Source of the DNA: Octopus sinensis
Lineage: Eukaryota
Length of the DNA: 64,000 bases
Assembly (NCBI RefSeq): GCF_006345805.1
Contig: NC_043020.1
Coordinates: 12,462,001-12,526,000 of the forward strand
Reading direction: 5' to 3'
The stretch's first letter is position 1. The number at the start of each line of letters is the position of its first letter. The notes beneath the pieces were generated by a model. That model searched no databases. It saw only the letters and a program-made list of their open reading frames with translations, and was not told the origin of the DNA. This document shows, one piece after another, positions 51,121 through 64,000 of this stretch. The position numbers and the translations under genes were made by a program.

Positions 51121-51328
51121 TTTGTTTACATAATTTTTACATAAATGCTTCTTCTGCTTTTGCAGGGAAGGGGTAAAAGCCAGACACACAGACAGACACA
51201 CGCACGTGAAGAGCGGTGATATAAAAATCAAGTATATATACACACTGACCTGATTAAAACAAGAAATTACATAAGAAATAGTAAACTGTTAATTAAAAAA
51301 AAAAAGTCAATCTTCGATATTTGCTGAG

Positions 51329-51502
51329 ATGGAAAGCAATTTACATGAAAATGGCTTGAAGAGGCAAGACCACGAGGAAGTGAAATTACATAACATGAAA
51401 CCTGTTGATAGTAACTTGAACGACAATAATTCAGAGAAAATTTACGAGAGAGACAATTTATTTGCCGATGCTCATCATGAACAAGAACAACAACAACGTT
51501 AA
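51329..51502 (+). CDS. 57-codon upstream ORF, copy B
   Basis: Appears identical to 29349-29522. Confidence 0.55.
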   Translation: MESNLHENGLKRQDHEEVKLHNMKPVDSNLNDNNSEKIYERDNLFADAHHEQEQQQR

Positions 51503-52174
51503 TGAATACTGATATGAAATCAATGGAAGCAGACGACGACACAAATGGAGAAAATACATGTTGTTTTATATGGAAGTATATAACGTTTAATCGGGGGTTA
51601 AACATTGCAACGTTCACAAATTTAGGGGCTCTTACCAATTTTATGACATATTCGGTGCCTAGTTATATTTCATCGCAGGTAAGCTCTTTAGAGAAACAGT
51701 TCGGATTGTCCAGTGCTGAGTTTGGATTTATTAACAGTGCCAATGATATTGGTTTTTTGCTTGTCGTTCTTCTAGCTAGTCATTTCGGAAGAGATGCGCA
51801 CATACCCAAACTGTTCTCTGTCTTAACATTATTTGTAGGTGTCACTGTCGGTTGCATGAGCTTAACTTACCTCTTACGTCCAATCAGTTATTTAGAACTG
51901 TTGGAAAATTCAGCTTCACTGAACGGCACCATTGGAAATAACTCTGTAAACGTTACAGCGGCAACGGCAAACATATACCTGTGTTCTGATGGCAAGTCAC
52001 GTATTGTTGAAGAGGCGAACTGTGCGAGTAATCAGGTAAAGAGTCACTCGGCATATTTCTTGTTTGTCTTCTTCATGATAGCACTAGGTATATGCAAAGG
52101 CCCAAGATCATCCCTTTTCCCAACCTACATTGATAACAATGTGCCTGAAAAACATCACTCTGCTATCTTTATCG
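51502..52174 (+). CDS. SLCO: SLCO first coding exon, copy B
   Basis: Translation identical to copy A; same donor. Confidence 0.92.
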
Positions 52175-52369
52175 GTAAGTAAAACCTTGTTTCGTTTCTC
52201 ATACGTTTGACATATACCTATATGATCCCCACCTCTCTCTCTCTCTCTCTCTCGATATATATATATATATATATATAATATTATTAGAGACAAAACCACT
52301 ATTTTGCAAAACAAACAAGGAAAGACTTAATCAATACATAAAATTTTAATAAAAAGTCAAAAAAAAACG

Positions 52370-52412
52370 CCACTACAATTGTTTCTTGTCTTGATCGACA
52401 ATCTTCAGGTGG
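52370..52412 (-). ncRNA. Hammerhead fold, copy B
   Basis: Identical sequence at offset 21980. Confidence 0.65.
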
Positions 52413-52742
52413 ACTTCCAATAAGTCAGTTTCAAATTATATATATCAAAATAAGCAACAAGAATGACTCCGGTAATTTGGTACGATCGCTTCGTACTTCA
52501 TCATTTTATTAAATGTTGTAAGTATTACAGCAGTTTTAAAATGCTGACCACTGTTGTAATACTTGCAACATTTAATAAAATGATGTAGTACGAAACGATC
52601 GTACCAAATTACCGGAGTCATTCTTGTTCCTTATTTTGACTATAATCACCCCACGGATTTTTATGGATAACACCATACAGAATTCTGGTGCATCTAAATT
52701 AAGTACCATATTCATTTGAATCTAAATTTTTGCTGAACTTAC

Positions 52743-52808
<66 letters not shown>

Positions 52809-53685
52809 ATACAGTGTACATTTAAACACATTAAAGATGGCCACAACAGGACATCTGACACGCTAGAAGGAGTAATTAAACTCCAAACCATTACCAATGG
52901 TTTGGAGTTTAACTACTCCTTCTAGCGGGTCAAATGTCCTGTTATAGCCATCTCTAATGTGTCACAGCCTCGATAAAGTTTTATTATCTCCTTGTAGAAG
53001 TTTCGACATGACAACTGTATTCCCTTCTTCAACAGCCTTGTTTGTAGGATTAATGATGGCTCTGCTGTGCATCCATACTCCCTCTATATATTTCTCATCA
53101 ATACCCCCCGAAGACTAGGAAGTACTGGAAGCACTCCGTCGTTTACGACGATGAGGGTTCCGGTTGATCCGAATCAACGGAACAGCCTGCTCGTGAAATT
53201 AACGTGTAAGTGGCTGAGCACTCCACAGACACGTGTATCCTTAACGTAGTTCTCGGGGATATTCAGCGTGACACAGAGAGTGACAAGGCCGGCCCTATGA
53301 AATACAGGTACAACAGAAACAGGAAGTAAGAGTGAGAGAAAGTTGTGGTGAAAGAGTACAGCAGGGATCACCACCATCCCTGCCGGAGCCTCGTGGAGCT
53401 TTAGGTGTTTTCGCTCAATAAACACTCACAACGCCCGGTCTGGGAATCGAAACCGCGATCCTATGACCGCGAGTCCGCTGCCCTAACCACTGGGCCATTG
53501 CGCCTCCACAAGGAAGTACTAGGTATTTAAAAGTACTATTTAGGAAGTACTAGGTATTTAAAAAATGATAAGTCCTTGGGTCGATTTATTCGACTAAAAC
53601 CCATCAAAGCGATGCTCCAGCATGGCCGCAATGAAATGAGGGGAAACAAGTTAAAATATGAAAGAGAAAATAAAACTTAAAAATC

Positions 53686-56165
53686 AACAAGAGCACTCAA
53701 AGAGCGCAAAACTCCGCCAAGGCAACACCAACATCCTCTCGACGATTAGCCAGAGATGATTTTTAAAATGTGACGTATATTTGCCATTTAAATATGGCTA
53801 ACCCCTAAGGGTGGATGCTACTGTAGTTTGTAGCCCCAGGAGGACACCTCTTCCAACTGGCTATAGACACACTTTCTGTGCCCTATCAGTATTTTGATAG
53901 GGCACAGAAGGTGTGCCTATAGCCAGCTGGAGGAGGTGTCCTCCTGGGCCTATACTGATAGAGCACAGAAAGTGTGTCTATAGCCAGCTGGAGGAGGTGT
54001 CCTCCTGGGGCTATACTGATAGGCACAGAAAGTGTGTCTATAGCCAGCTGGAGGAGGTGTCCTCCTGGGGCTATACTGATAGGGCACAGAAAGTGTGTCT
54101 ATAGCCAGCTGGAGGAGGTGTCCTCCTGGGGCTATACTGATAGGGCACAGAAAGTGTGTCTATAGCCAGCTGGAGGAGGTGTCCTCCTGGGGCTATACTG
54201 ATAGGGCACAGAAAGTGTGTCTATAGCCAGCTGGAGGAGGTGTCCTCCTGGCGCTATACTGATAGGGCACAGAAAGTGTGTCTATACCAGCTGGAGGAGG
54301 TGTCCTCCTGGGGCTATACTGATAGGGCACAGAAAGTGTGTCTATAGCCAGCTGGAGGAGGTGTCCTCCTGGGGCTATACTGATAGGGCACAGAAAGTGT
54401 GTCTATAGCCAGCTGGAGGAGGTGTCCTCCTGGGGCTATACTGATAGGGCACAGAAAGTGTGTCTATAGCCAGCTGGAGGAGGTGTCCTCCTGGGGCTAT
54501 ACTGATAGGGCACAGAAAGTGTGTCTATAGCCAGCTGGAGGAGGTGTCCTCCTGGGGCTATACTGATAGGGCACAGAAAGTGTGTCTATAGTCAGCTGGA
54601 GGAGGTGTCCTCCTGGGGCTATACTGATAGGGCACAGAAAGTGTGTCTATAGCCAGCTGGAGGAGGTGTCCTCCTGGGGCTATACTGATAGGGCACAGAA
54701 AGTGTGTCTATAGCCAGCTGGAGGTGTCCTCCTGGGGCTATACTGATAGGGCACAGAAAGTGTGTCTATAGTCAGCTGGAGGAGGTGTCCTCCTGGGGCT
54801 ATACTGATAGGGCACAGAAAGTGTGTCTATAGCCAGCTGGAGGAGGTGTCCTCCTGGCGCTATACTGATAGGGCACAGAAAGTGTGTCTATAGCCAGCTG
54901 GAGGAGGTGTCCTCCTGGGGCTATACTGATAGGGCACAGAAAGTGTGTCTATAGCCAGCTGGAGGAGGTGTCCTCCTGGGGCTATACTGATAGGGCACAG
55001 AAAGTGTGTCTATAGCCAGCTGGAGGAGGTGTCCTCCTGGGCCTATACTGATAGGGCACAGAAAGTGTGTCTATAGCCAGCTGGAGGAGGTGTCCTCCTG
55101 GGGCTATACTGATAGGGCACAGAAAGTGTGTCTATAGCCAGCTGGAGGAGGTGTCCTCCTGGGGCTATACTGATAGGGCACAGAAAGTGTGTCTATAGCC
55201 AGCTGGAGGAGGTGTCCTCCTGGGGCTATACTGATAGGGCACAGAAAGTGTGTCTATAGTCAGCTGGAGGAGGTGTCCTCCTGGGGCTATACTGATAGGG
55301 CACAGAAAGTGTGTCTATAGCCAGCTGGAGGAGGTGTCCTCCTGGGGCTATACTGATAGGGCACAGAAAGTGTGTCTATAGCCAGCTGGAGGTGTCCTCC
55401 TGGGGCTATACTGATAGGGCACAGAAAGTGTGTCTATAGTCAGCTGGAGGAGGTGTCCTCCTGGGGCTATACTGATAGGGCACAGAAAGTGTGTGTCTAT
55501 AGCCAGCTGGAGGAGGTGTCCTCCTGGCGCTATACTGATAGGGCACAGAAAGTGTGTCTATAGCCAGCTGGAGGAGGTGTCCTCCTGGGGCTATACTGAT
55601 AGGGCACAGAAAGTGTGTCTATAGCCAGCTGGAGGAGGTGTCCTCCTGGGGCTATACTGATAGGGCACAGAAAGTGTGTCTATAGCCAGCTGGAGGAGGT
55701 GTCCTCCTGGGGCTATACTGATAGGGCACAGAAAGTGTGTCTATAGCCAGCTGGAGGAGGTGTCCTCCTGGGGCTACAAACTACAGTAGCATCCACCCTT
55801 AGGGATTATGGCAAATATACGTCACGATGTGTTGTAGCTACTGTTTATAACTCGCTCTGAGATTTATTATTTTTAAAATGATAATATCCGAAATAAACTC
55901 GACTGCTCTCAGAAACGAGAAGACAAATAATGAACCCGCCCACTCGCAAAAATTGAGTTTAAAAAAACAAAACAATAATACAAAATCGTTGTCCGATAGT
56001 GGATCGATCCCAAATTCTAATCAGTTCGTGTCAGTCACAAGGCCAAACATCCCTGAAAGTTTCATCCGAATCCATCCAGCGGTTCTTGAGATATCTCGTC
56101 CACGGACGAACAAATAGAAACGACTAAAATCAATAATTCCGCCTTCGATAGGGCGGAGGGAATAA
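53686..56165 (+). mobile_element. HINE-like element, copy B
   Basis: Same termini; 6-bp hairpin tccgcc/ggcgga. Confidence 0.7.
53896..55775. repeat. 61-bp satellite, copy B
   Basis: Same variant order as copy A. Confidence 0.97.
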
Positions 56166-56961
56166 TTGTTAACTGTGCTGATACCCACTGATTGCTCATG
56201 TTACCTTGCTTTTCCGTTGTATAAAACATTTTTTTCTCAGAAATCTACTTTCTTTTTATAAAACACTGATATTCATATAAATTGAAAGTGCATTTTCACA
56301 AACCCACTCCTTCAATTGTCGTATTGCAACACGGCTAACAAAGTAAAAGGAATTATTTTTCACCCGGACGCTATCCACTGAGGTAGATACCTATTTCTTT
56401 ACTACCCACAAGGGGCTAAACACAGAGAAGACAAACAAGAACAGACAAACGGATTAAGTCGGTTATATCGACCCCAGTGCGTAACTGGTACTTAATTTAT
56501 CGACCCCGAAAGGATGAAAGGCAAAGTCGACCTCGGCGGAATTTGAGCTCAGAACGCAACGGCAGACGAAATACTGCTAAGTAGATACCTGTTTCTTTAC
56601 TACCCACAAGGGGCTAAACATAGAGAGGACAAACAAGAACAGACAAACGGATTAAGTCGGTTATATCGACCCCAGTGCGTAATTGGTACTTAATTTATCG
56701 ACCCCGAAAGGATGAAAGGCAAAGTCGACCTCGGCGGAATTTGAGCTCAGAACGCAACGGCACGAAATACTGCTAAGTAGATACTATCAGCTTCACGATT
56801 ACGGAGGTAAACCTCCTTTGGAGAATAACATCTAGCTTGAACTGCAGTGGTCAGTTAGGCATACTTCTTCCAGGAGCATCAAGCAATACTAGCCAAAAGG
56901 AGAAAAAATATATTCGGAGGGGGAAAAAAAAAGCCCGATAGAGAAGCTTTGATTCGAAAGG

Positions 56962-57332
56962 ACTCATCGAAAGAAATAACAGTACCGAGGAAGAAGGCTC
57001 GCTCCAGGTTGCATTTAATCTATCCAGGTAATAATCCGTCTGTCTTCACTTTTTTTCCACCCGTTGTGTTTCTATTTAAATTTTCGGAACACACACACAA
57101 ATACATACACACACACAAATACATACACACACATGCAAGCGCGCACACACACACACATGTATATGGACAGGTAGGTTGATATATGGACAGGTAGGTTGAT
57201 ATATGGACAGGTTGATATACATATGAACAAGTAGGTCGATATACACACACACCTTGTCAGCACTAATTTCGATCAGACTTATTTTCTCTCGTTTACTCTC
57301 TTTTTCTATCTGTCTCTCTGTCGATCTTTCTT

Positions 57333-57403
<71 letters not shown>

Positions 57404-57462
57404 GTCTGGAGACGATCAAGAGGTGGTATTCATCAACTTTTAGACATTATATTATGTCAATT

Positions 57463-57515
<53 letters not shown>

Positions 57516-57566
57516 TCCATATGTAATTTATATACATACATGCATATATATATATGTATATATATG

Positions 57567-57655
<89 letters not shown>

Positions 57656-57824
57656 TATATACATGTGTGTGTATATATATACATATATTTATGTTTTACG
57701 TTCTCGTCCCAGTTTGTATTTTCTACATAAATATATATATATATACACATACATACATATGTAATATACACACACATACATACATACATACATACATACA
57801 TTCATACACACATACATACATTCA

Positions 57825-57855
<31 letters not shown>

Positions 57856-59683
57856 TTATTTATATGTGTGTGTGTGTATGAGTGTGTGTGTGTGTGTGTG
57901 TCCCACCCCTGACTTTGTTTCCGTTTAACTTTCGGTAAAATGGATATTTTTCAAAGATATTTTCTACAAATGAGCTTCAGATGGTGTATTGGAATTTGTG
58001 CGCTGAAGTTTTTCTGGCTGTGGTGTGAGGATTTTCCGAAAATTCAGAAGAGTCGGCTTCATTTTCTCAGAAACGTTTAGAAAAATAGTTTTATTTTAAA
58101 ATAAAATTTGCCACAATACCTTTCTCTTGGCGTGTGCAACTAGGATTATATGAGAATTTAATGTAAGAAAAAGGTGAGAAAAGATGGACACGCACACACA
58201 TTCATACTCGTAAACATCACAATTTTCTTCGAAATTTCCCGTTTCATTTTCGAGATATATATGTGTAAGTGTAAAACAGGTTCACACCACCCACTTCCTG
58301 GTTTTTTTTCCGAAGAAATTTTGATGTGGGAAATTACGATTTTTACCCCAAATCAAGTTTAATTTAAGAAAAGCGGTGAAAAAAGTTTGGGTGGTTACTG
58401 ACATCTATATCTATAAAACTGTAGTTGTGTGAGTGTCTGTCCCCTTCGATTTAGATTCCTAACTACTCCCACATTTTGCGGTGCAATTTAACCAAATTCG
58501 GGTATCTTATAGTCGTGATTCATATCGAGCCCGTCTGGGTATTAGCGCGCGTCTACGATGAGTCTACGATTTTAAAATAATTTAACATCATTTTTTATTC
58601 CATTTTAATGCATAATTTTTCGTGTGTGTCGATGGCGGCGGAGTTGGCGTCCACGCTCAAACACCTGCACCTGTGTTTGCTTCTCCCCTTCTTCTTCCCT
58701 CCCTCGAAGCTGTGGGGAAGGGAGTGTAAGGAAATCAACGTCGTAAAGCGCTGTCAAGGAGAAGCGTTCTTTTAGAACAACGACTTCATGGCTTGAAGAC
58801 ACCAAAGCAGAATTGGCATCTATAAGGGAAGTAACTAACTCTCTAAAAATGCAACGCCGGGCGATACTGCTAGTATATTACAATATTCTTCGAAATATCT
58901 AGTTTCATGTAGTAGGTATATGTGATATGTGTTCAGGATATATATATGTACCATTTTTTCTCGTCCTGGTGCGCCGGATCCAGTGGCAAGACAAAGTCAA
59001 GACGGCGGGGTGGGTAGGTTGCCAGTTGCAGAGCTGCCGGAAGGTGGCATGCATGGCGCAATCCAACCGCCTTAGGGCTCCACTCTGGTGTTTTTTGGAT
59101 GGCCATTGACTCATGAGAGAGTTCCTCTGCCCTTTGTCAGGTTTTGCTTTTAGTCCTGCTGGGTGTCCAAATCACCCTCCTTACCAAGAAATCTTGGTGG
59201 GGTTGCCAGTTTAGTCGCCAACGACCCGACCATGTAACAGGTTGTCCTGGTTACATGTTACCAGTAGCTCCAAGGTTGGGTACGTATACTGACATATATT
59301 ACAATTTTTTTCGAAATATCTAGTTTCATATAGTAGGTATATGTATATGTGTATTCAGATGATATATATATGTACCCTTTAGTTTTTTTTTGTCACTTCT
59401 AGTATAATCGTGTCCGACACGTGTGAATTTTCTGAAACTGTTCTCCCCACACCTCTCTTTTGCTCTTTTACTCTTTACTGGTTTCAGTCATTTGACTGCG
59501 GCCATGCTGGAGCACCGCCTTTAGTAGAGCAAATCTACCCCCGGGACTTATTCTTTGTAAGCCCAGTACTTACTCTATCGGTCTATTTTGCCGAACCGCT
59601 AAGTGACGGGGACGTAAACACACCAGCATCGGTTGGTCAAGCAATGCTAGGGGACAAACACAGACACACAAACACACTCATAC

Positions 59684-59755
<72 letters not shown>

Positions 59756-59882
59756 TTTAAGCAGCAGAAAATTCAACAATTTGCTGCTTAAAATAAAGCA
59801 TATTACTCTACCACTGGTATTTGAGTACTCTTTTTTCCACCTTGTTTCACATTTATGTGTTTACTCCGGTATATATATATGA

Positions 59883-59939
<57 letters not shown>

Positions 59940-62878
59940 CCGGCTTCTTTCAGTTTCCGTCTCCCAAATCCTCCACAAACCATCACAAGACATGGTCGGC
60001 CCCGGGCTATAGCAGAAGACACTTGCCCAAAATACCACGCAGTGGGACTGAACCCGGAAACATGTGGTTGGTTAGAAAACTACTACCACCACACAGCCAC
60101 TCCTGCGCCTATAATTTACACCTGGTAATTTTTTGTTTCTTTTCATAATACAATCGAATAAACACTATCTGAAACGTATTTATAAAAAAATGTCATTAAA
60201 AAAACCCATATTTTCAAAGTTATGAAGAAGCAAAGTCAGTGCGTGGGGTACACACTTGTGTAGAGTTTACATGGTTGTTAAAATTTTTGTGCACTAGATT
60301 GATTATGCTTCTACTATACACAAAACAATTTTTATAGTTGCTAGCTAGTTTGGCCGTCTGCCCGGACACTTGAATGCTGTTACGTGAGCACGCCATCCAT
60401 CACAGTCCTCCATGCATGTTCTTAATTCGTTAACGTTTGCCATTCTACTGTCCTGAAGCAAGGTGTCCACATAGGTTAGACATCTTCTTCCCCTGTTGAT
60501 CCTTCCTTCAACTGACTGCCACGTGACTAGTTGATACACAGATTCTTCTGACTGCCAGCAATTTCCATTCTTCTCTACTGGATCTGGATCTTCTCAGTCA
60601 CTTTGGGTAGATCTACTCCCAGCAGCTTTTTAAGAGGATCTACAAAGACTAGGGAGAAGTGAAGCTAACATGCTCTGTATGATGTGAAGTGCCATCCTGA
60701 AAGTATGACAAAGTTATAGGAGCACTCCGTCGGTTACCACGATGAGGGTCCCAGCTGATACGATCAACGGAACAGCTTGCTCGTGGAATTACGTGCAAGT
60801 GGCTGAGCACTCCACAGACACGTGTACCCTTACGTAGTTCTCGGGGAGATTCAGCGTGACACAGAGTGTGACAAGGCTGGCCCTTTGAAATACAGGTACA
60901 ACAGAAACAGGAAGAAAGAGTGAGTGAAAGTTGTGGTGAAAGAGTACAGCAGGGTTCACCCCCCCCCTGCAGGAGCGTTGTGAAGCTTTAGGTGTTTTCG
61001 CTCAATAAACACTCACAATGTCCGGTCTGGGAATCGAAACCGCGATCCTACGACCGCGAGTCTGCTGCCCTAACCACTGGGCCATTGTGCCTCCACTATG
61101 ACAAAGTACAGATTGGTTGAGACAGGAATCAGATATTATTGTGCAAGGATGTGACATGCAAGAGAGACGTTTGCGCTAGTATGGTCATGTACTACGGATG
61201 ATGAGGAGAGATTGTGTGAAGAAGTACCACTCCCAAACAGTTGAAGGAATCTGAGGTAGAGGTGGACCCAGGAAGACATGGAATGAGGTGATCAAGCTTG
61301 ACCTTCGAACGTTGGGCCTCACAGAAGCAATGACGAAAGACCTCTGGATATGCTGTGACTGCGAAGACGAATAGTGCTAAGCATTTTGCCCGGTATGTTA
61401 ACGTTTTCTGCCAGCTCGCCACCTTTCACACAATATTTCACACAAGATGCCATCCATTAGAATCCCCCATGCATGTTCTTAATTCGTTAACATTTACCAT
61501 TCTACTGTCCTGAAGCAAGGTGTCCACATAGGTTAGACATCTTCTTCCCCTGTTCATCCTTCCTTCAACTGACTGACTGCCACGACCAGTTGATACACTG
61601 ATTCTTCTGACTGCCTGACGCAACGACCAGCAATTTCCATTCTTCTCTAATGGATCTTCTCAGTCACTTTGGATAGATTTTGATAAAGCTGCTCGTTGGT
61701 TAAATGAGCTCTCCATGTAGCATTCAGATCCATTCTTAACATTCTTGCGTAGCAACCGTCTATTTGTTTCTCAAGCCTTCTGGTGAGGGTTCAAGCTTTA
61801 GCACCGTATATATTTCTTTACTACCCATAAGGGGCTAAACATAGAGGGGACAAACAAGGACAGACAAACGGATTAAGTCGATTACATCGACCCCAGTGCG
61901 AAACTGGTACTTTATTTATCGACCCCGAGGGGATGAAAGGCAATGTCGACCTCGGCGGAATTTGAACTCAGAACGTAACGACAGACGAAATACCCATTTC
62001 TCTATTACCCACAAGGGGCTAAACATAGAGGGGACAAACAAGGACAGACAAACGGATTAAGTCGATTACATCGACCCCAGTGCATAACTGGTACTTAATT
62101 TATCGACCCCGAGGGTATGAAAGGCAATGTCGACCTCGGCGGAATTTGAACTCAGAACGTAACGACAGACGAAATACCGCTAAGCATTTCGCCCGGCGCG
62201 CTAACGTTTCTGCCAGCTCGCCGCCTTTTCTTCAGCACCGTATAACAAAACTGAATCTACCGTGAGATAAAAAAATAATTTTCAATTCATGTGTCCCTAG
62301 AACTTCAGATCTTACGCAGTTTGTGATTTTTATAAATTCCTAATAATTAAGATCTAAAATGTGAGATCATCTTTACCCTGATGACAGAGTCCCGTCTTAT
62401 CCAAGTCAATTGCATCCATACGGCCGCATATTGTGATGAACTAAATCTACCAGCATTATTATGGATGGACCGAATCCCCAGAAAACAGATGTTGGGCTTA
62501 TATCACCCTTCTTACATCCTTTTAATTTTTTCTGTCGTTTGTACTCCGTGAAAGTTGGACCTAGTTTATACTTACATGTTTATACTTAAAAATTCATCAT
62601 CTGAAAGTCTTCACCTCTTGCTTTCTCTCGTTTTGGTGTGTGTACGTATATATATATATATATATATTATATCGGGAAGGTTTACGAAAAATAAACAAAA
62701 GACGAAGGCAGGTGGAGTACAAAACAACAAATGTATTAGTATGGCGCTCAGGAATCGAAATATAACGAGTATTTTACGTTTCGAGCCTACGCTCTTCGAC
62801 AGAAAGATACACAGAAAAGAAACAAGGAGAGAACAAATTGCGTGTAGGAGCTAACGATCCAACATGGCGTTCACTATA

Positions 62879-62921
<43 letters not shown>

Positions 62922-63239
62922 TATTTATATATATATATAATATAATATAAGGAAATGAAGAAAATGCTGACAAAATAATTTAAGTAATTTAAGTAATTTA
63001 ATTAGGTGAAAGTTCTTTTTAGCGGTTGCGCATTTGTTATGCTTATCAAAAGATAGATTTTTTCCTCTTATCTCTTTCCAGATAAGAGGAAAAAATCTAT
63101 CTTTTGATAACATAGCAAATGCGCAACCGGTAAAAGAACTTCACCTAATTAAATGACTTAAATTACTTAAATTATTTTGTCAACATTTTCTTCATTTCCT
63201 TTTTTATATATCACAACTCGTGTTCCACATCTCCTTTTT

Positions 63240-63273
<34 letters not shown>

Positions 63274-64000
63274 ATTTCATACTCAAACTAATACATTTAA
63301 TATATTTGATGTATCCAATTTGCCTGGTGGGGGAGAGAAAGAGAAAATTTAGGAGTGTTAGGAAATTAGAATTAGGATAAAAGAAGAAAAGAAGAAAGAG
63401 AGAGAGAGAGGATAGAGTTTTACTGTTGAGTCATGAACTATCAATTTACCTGGAGCTATTATGTTCTCTCCACTGCCCTCTCGTTCTCCTCTCCTTCTCA
63501 TTCTCCCTCTCTTTCTTCTTGTCTCCTTTTCTCCTAACCCTCCTAAATTTTCTCTTTCTCTCCCCACCAGGCAATTTAGATACATCAATATATTAAATGT
63601 ATTTGTTTGAGTATGAAATACTTTAACCCTTTAACTCTTTTTAATGTATATACAGGATGTCCCAATAACTTACAGTTGACCTAATAAATTACCCCAGTCT
63701 ATATTCACAAAACCTTCGCCTGACAAGCTTCGATTTTACAAATTTTTTTCTCCTACTCCCCCACCTCTCCTTTTCTTTATTCTTATTTTTCTTAACACCT
63801 TCAGACATTTTCCACTCCACTTCCATATATTGGGTCAATAAATACTTGGCAGTACATTTTTAATCAACCAAATATGAACCATTTTGTTGCACAATGCGTC
63901 GCCATCTTTCCTTTAACTTGAAAATACCCTCGTCCCAGAACTAAGGTGGTTTACTCTTTTACTCTTTACTCTTTTACTTGTTCAGTCATTTGACTGCGGC
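56962..64000 (+). repeat. Partial third copy (C), lacking about 2.3 kb present in A and B
   Basis: Colinear with A 12824-22090; many small indels; the 830-bp array is absent. Confidence 0.95.
58404..58873 (+). mobile_element. Helitron, copy C
   Basis: Same TC...CTAG ends. Confidence 0.85.

Larger units (their letters stand above)
34782..56961 (+). repeat. ~22-kb tandem segmental repeat, copy B
   Basis: Near-identical to A up to about 56.0 kb, more diverged after that. Confidence 0.97.

Overview
AT-rich eukaryotic (animal) genomic DNA dominated by microsatellites, tRNA-derived SINEs and decayed transposons; the SINE families look like those of Octopus/cephalopods (inference from recall, no search run). 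There are no prokaryotic genes, operons or CRISPR arrays. Bases 1-12723 are single-copy within the window and hold SINEs, simple repeats, a hAT MITE and a probable piggyBac relic. After a 100-N gap (12724-12823) the rest is a head-to-tail ~22-kb segmental repeat: copy A 12824-34781, copy B 34782-56961 (almost identical to A) and a more diverged partial copy C 56962-64000. A and B each carry the only convincing host coding sequence, one large first coding exon of an SLCO/OATP transporter, with a TAATG stop/start overlap or frameshift at its 5' end; no later SLCO exons are visible. A and B also each carry a ~5.2-kb 36-bp satellite, a Helentron-type non-autonomous element holding a foldback with a 61-bp array, a Helitron with an internal empty-site control, RTE, L1/Tx1 and mariner relics, several foldback elements and a minimal type I hammerhead-ribozyme fold. 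Much of the A/B duplication may be an assembly artefact, and I cannot resolve that from sequence alone.
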